Shown here: positions 62,252 to 64,000 of the stretch, piece by piece
Layout of the letters: every line of letters begins with the position of its first letter
Position numbering within the stretch: position 1 is the stretch's first letter
Assembly: GCA_905178155.1 (NCBI GenBank)
Contig: CAJINV010000006.1
Coordinates: forward strand, 3,409,636-3,473,635
Direction: 5' to 3'
DNA length: 64,000 nucleotides
From: Amoebophrya sp. A120
Taxonomy: Eukaryota; Protista; Dinoflagellata
Made by a program: the position numbers and the translations under genes
Notes under the pieces: model-generated
What the model was told of the DNA's origin: nothing
What the model saw: the letters and a program-made list of their open reading frames with translations, nothing else
The model's database searches: none

Positions 62252-64000
62252 CTATGCCGATGGCCTTTCAACCAAGCCCGCCTGGCGCGAGCGCGTTACC
62301 TTTTCCCGCCCTTCTGGCGTCCAGACAGCGTTTCCGCTCTCTACTGGTGCAATTATCCAAGGGAAAATAAACGGGGCCCACGCCGCCCACGCAGCCCCAC
62401 AGTTAAGATGGGAATTTTGCAATACAAATCCACACACGACAAGTCCTAGTACGCATGACAAGTCTCTAGTAGTGCTACCTGTCGCGTGGTGCAGGTTAGC
62501 AAGGACAGCCAGCACATCTTCAACAACAAGAGCCATCTGCATACGATCCTGTTTATTTATAGTATACAGCACCACACATGCCGCAACACGACTAGGAATG
62601 TCCCTCATGGGGATCATGCGCATTACAAATCTTGCTGTAGATGCGGATCTTCATAGCAACTCTGGGGTGTAGTAGCGCGCCTCGTTTTTCCTCAGGATAC
62701 CAAAAATTGTCATCTCTTCATCCGCCACCCCTCCGTGTTCCTCGTAGGAGCAGTCGCGCACTTCATAGTTTTGGTTCTCCGAGGTAGTTCTAGTACTACT
62801 TGGGCGGGTGTGGATATTAAGCTCCGCCGTAGGTGGAGGTAGCGGCTGCGTTCTGTTCCTCCCCCACCATGGGGCCCCACAAATTTCCAATGCCTGCTCT
62901 TTTCCTCCAAGTTCAAACGCTTTTCGGATAATTTCGGGTGATGCGATTACCACCTGGGAAACCCATGACTGTGTCTGATACCAAGGCCAGCGGTTCACAG
63001 GCTCCAAAGGCGTGTGGCGCAGCTGGACAGCGACCTTACGAAGTTCTGCATAAGAAGTGCGGCCATGGTCGTTATGCGTGTTGAGGGCAAATTCGAACAC
63101 AGCGGTCAGCTTCGGCCTGCGTTCCGCCACGTAATAGTCGCTGACGTTCTGCTATCAACTGTAAAAATGTCTGGGTCTGGAAGCATGTATGTTTGTCATG
63201 CTTGTCTGGCATGACTCTTAAATCTGTCATGCACGTTACCCAAGAGCTCCATTTTTCTGTGATGTAGAAACGCAGTTTGTCATGCACAATAGGCAACACC
63301 GAGAAGCTCAGAAACTTGTCATGCTGCGCCAGCACTTGTGGCCTCATCATGAGACGCCACCCAGCATCACAAGTTTCCAGACCCAGACATTTTTACATTT
63401 GGTATCTGCTCGCCTCCAGCGGCCTGTCGATACATATGAAAGCCTCAGGTTGGAAATCCTCAAAGTAAAAATAATTTGTAATGCAAAAAATCGACTCCAA
63501 ATGGAGCACCATGCATAGTCGGCGCATGACAAATTTCCCGGGCACTCAAAACGGGTCTGTCTTGCTAGTTAGGCAAAGGGGTGCCCTTCTCTCATGCTAA
63601 TCAGCAGCCCAATTCTGAACCCATAGAAGCACAATAGTCGGCCTCCATTGCGTTCTCTGCAATGGAGTCTTTCTGGTGTCGCATTTCATGCATCACAAAT
63701 TATTTCCACTTTGAGGATTTCCATTCTGAGGGTGTCATAATACATCTCGGCCCGTTCCACAGCGTCGTCATCCTCTCTGGGATCCCAGTTGCGGTAGTAG
63801 GTGGCTTCTTTACGGCTTTCCAGACGAAGCGTCACCTGTCCTTCCTGCCGATCCACAGTGGGCTTCTTCAACTCTCCCAGTGCAAGCAACAAAGACGCCG
63901 TGCGTTCGACCTCGGCGATCGGCGGAAAGCCTTCGCGAGTTGTCTCCGCTGCGTCAGACCCGCGGCGCCCCTCCCGCGGCGGAACCGTCAGCAACACCTC
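62252..64000 (-). CDS. Putative secreted protein, tandem paralogue C (5' part outside the window)
   Basis: Homologous to 54943-57700; introners 62354-62699, 63153-63404, 63435-63739. Confidence 0.75.

Noticed and set aside
1368-63532. Recurrent short ORFs with KCKNVWVWK, FQTQTFLHL or KFVM peptides
   Set aside because: They are translations of introner TIRs and internal motifs, not a protein family

Overview
Eukaryotic, gene-dense window. Inferred source is a syndinian dinoflagellate of the Amoebophrya sp. A120 type, because the introns match the TAT-(N7)-AAA(A)G introner ends I recall being described for that genome. Nine host genes or gene parts can be reassembled: two on + (to about 20 kb), then seven on - (PSMD9/Nas2, a calpain, a large pseudo-lipase/WW protein, an acyltransferase-3, and three tandem paralogues of a secreted protein). 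By manual count they are interrupted by about 85 non-canonical introns. Each is a small TIR element (TAT...ATA) flanked by a 5-nt direct repeat (DR); removing the element plus one DR restored the reading frame at every junction I translated. At least 10 families with unrelated TIRs share one internal motif, TTGTVATGC/GCATBACAA, in many copies. Other mobile elements nest inside these introns: a 6.6-kb APE-RT non-LTR retrotransposon, two non-autonomous Helitron-like elements (one with a 92-bp array of terminator-like hairpins), a long-TIR element and short retroposon fragments. Most short ORFs in the supplied track are artefacts of the repeats. Exon structures are inferred by eye, without transcript data.
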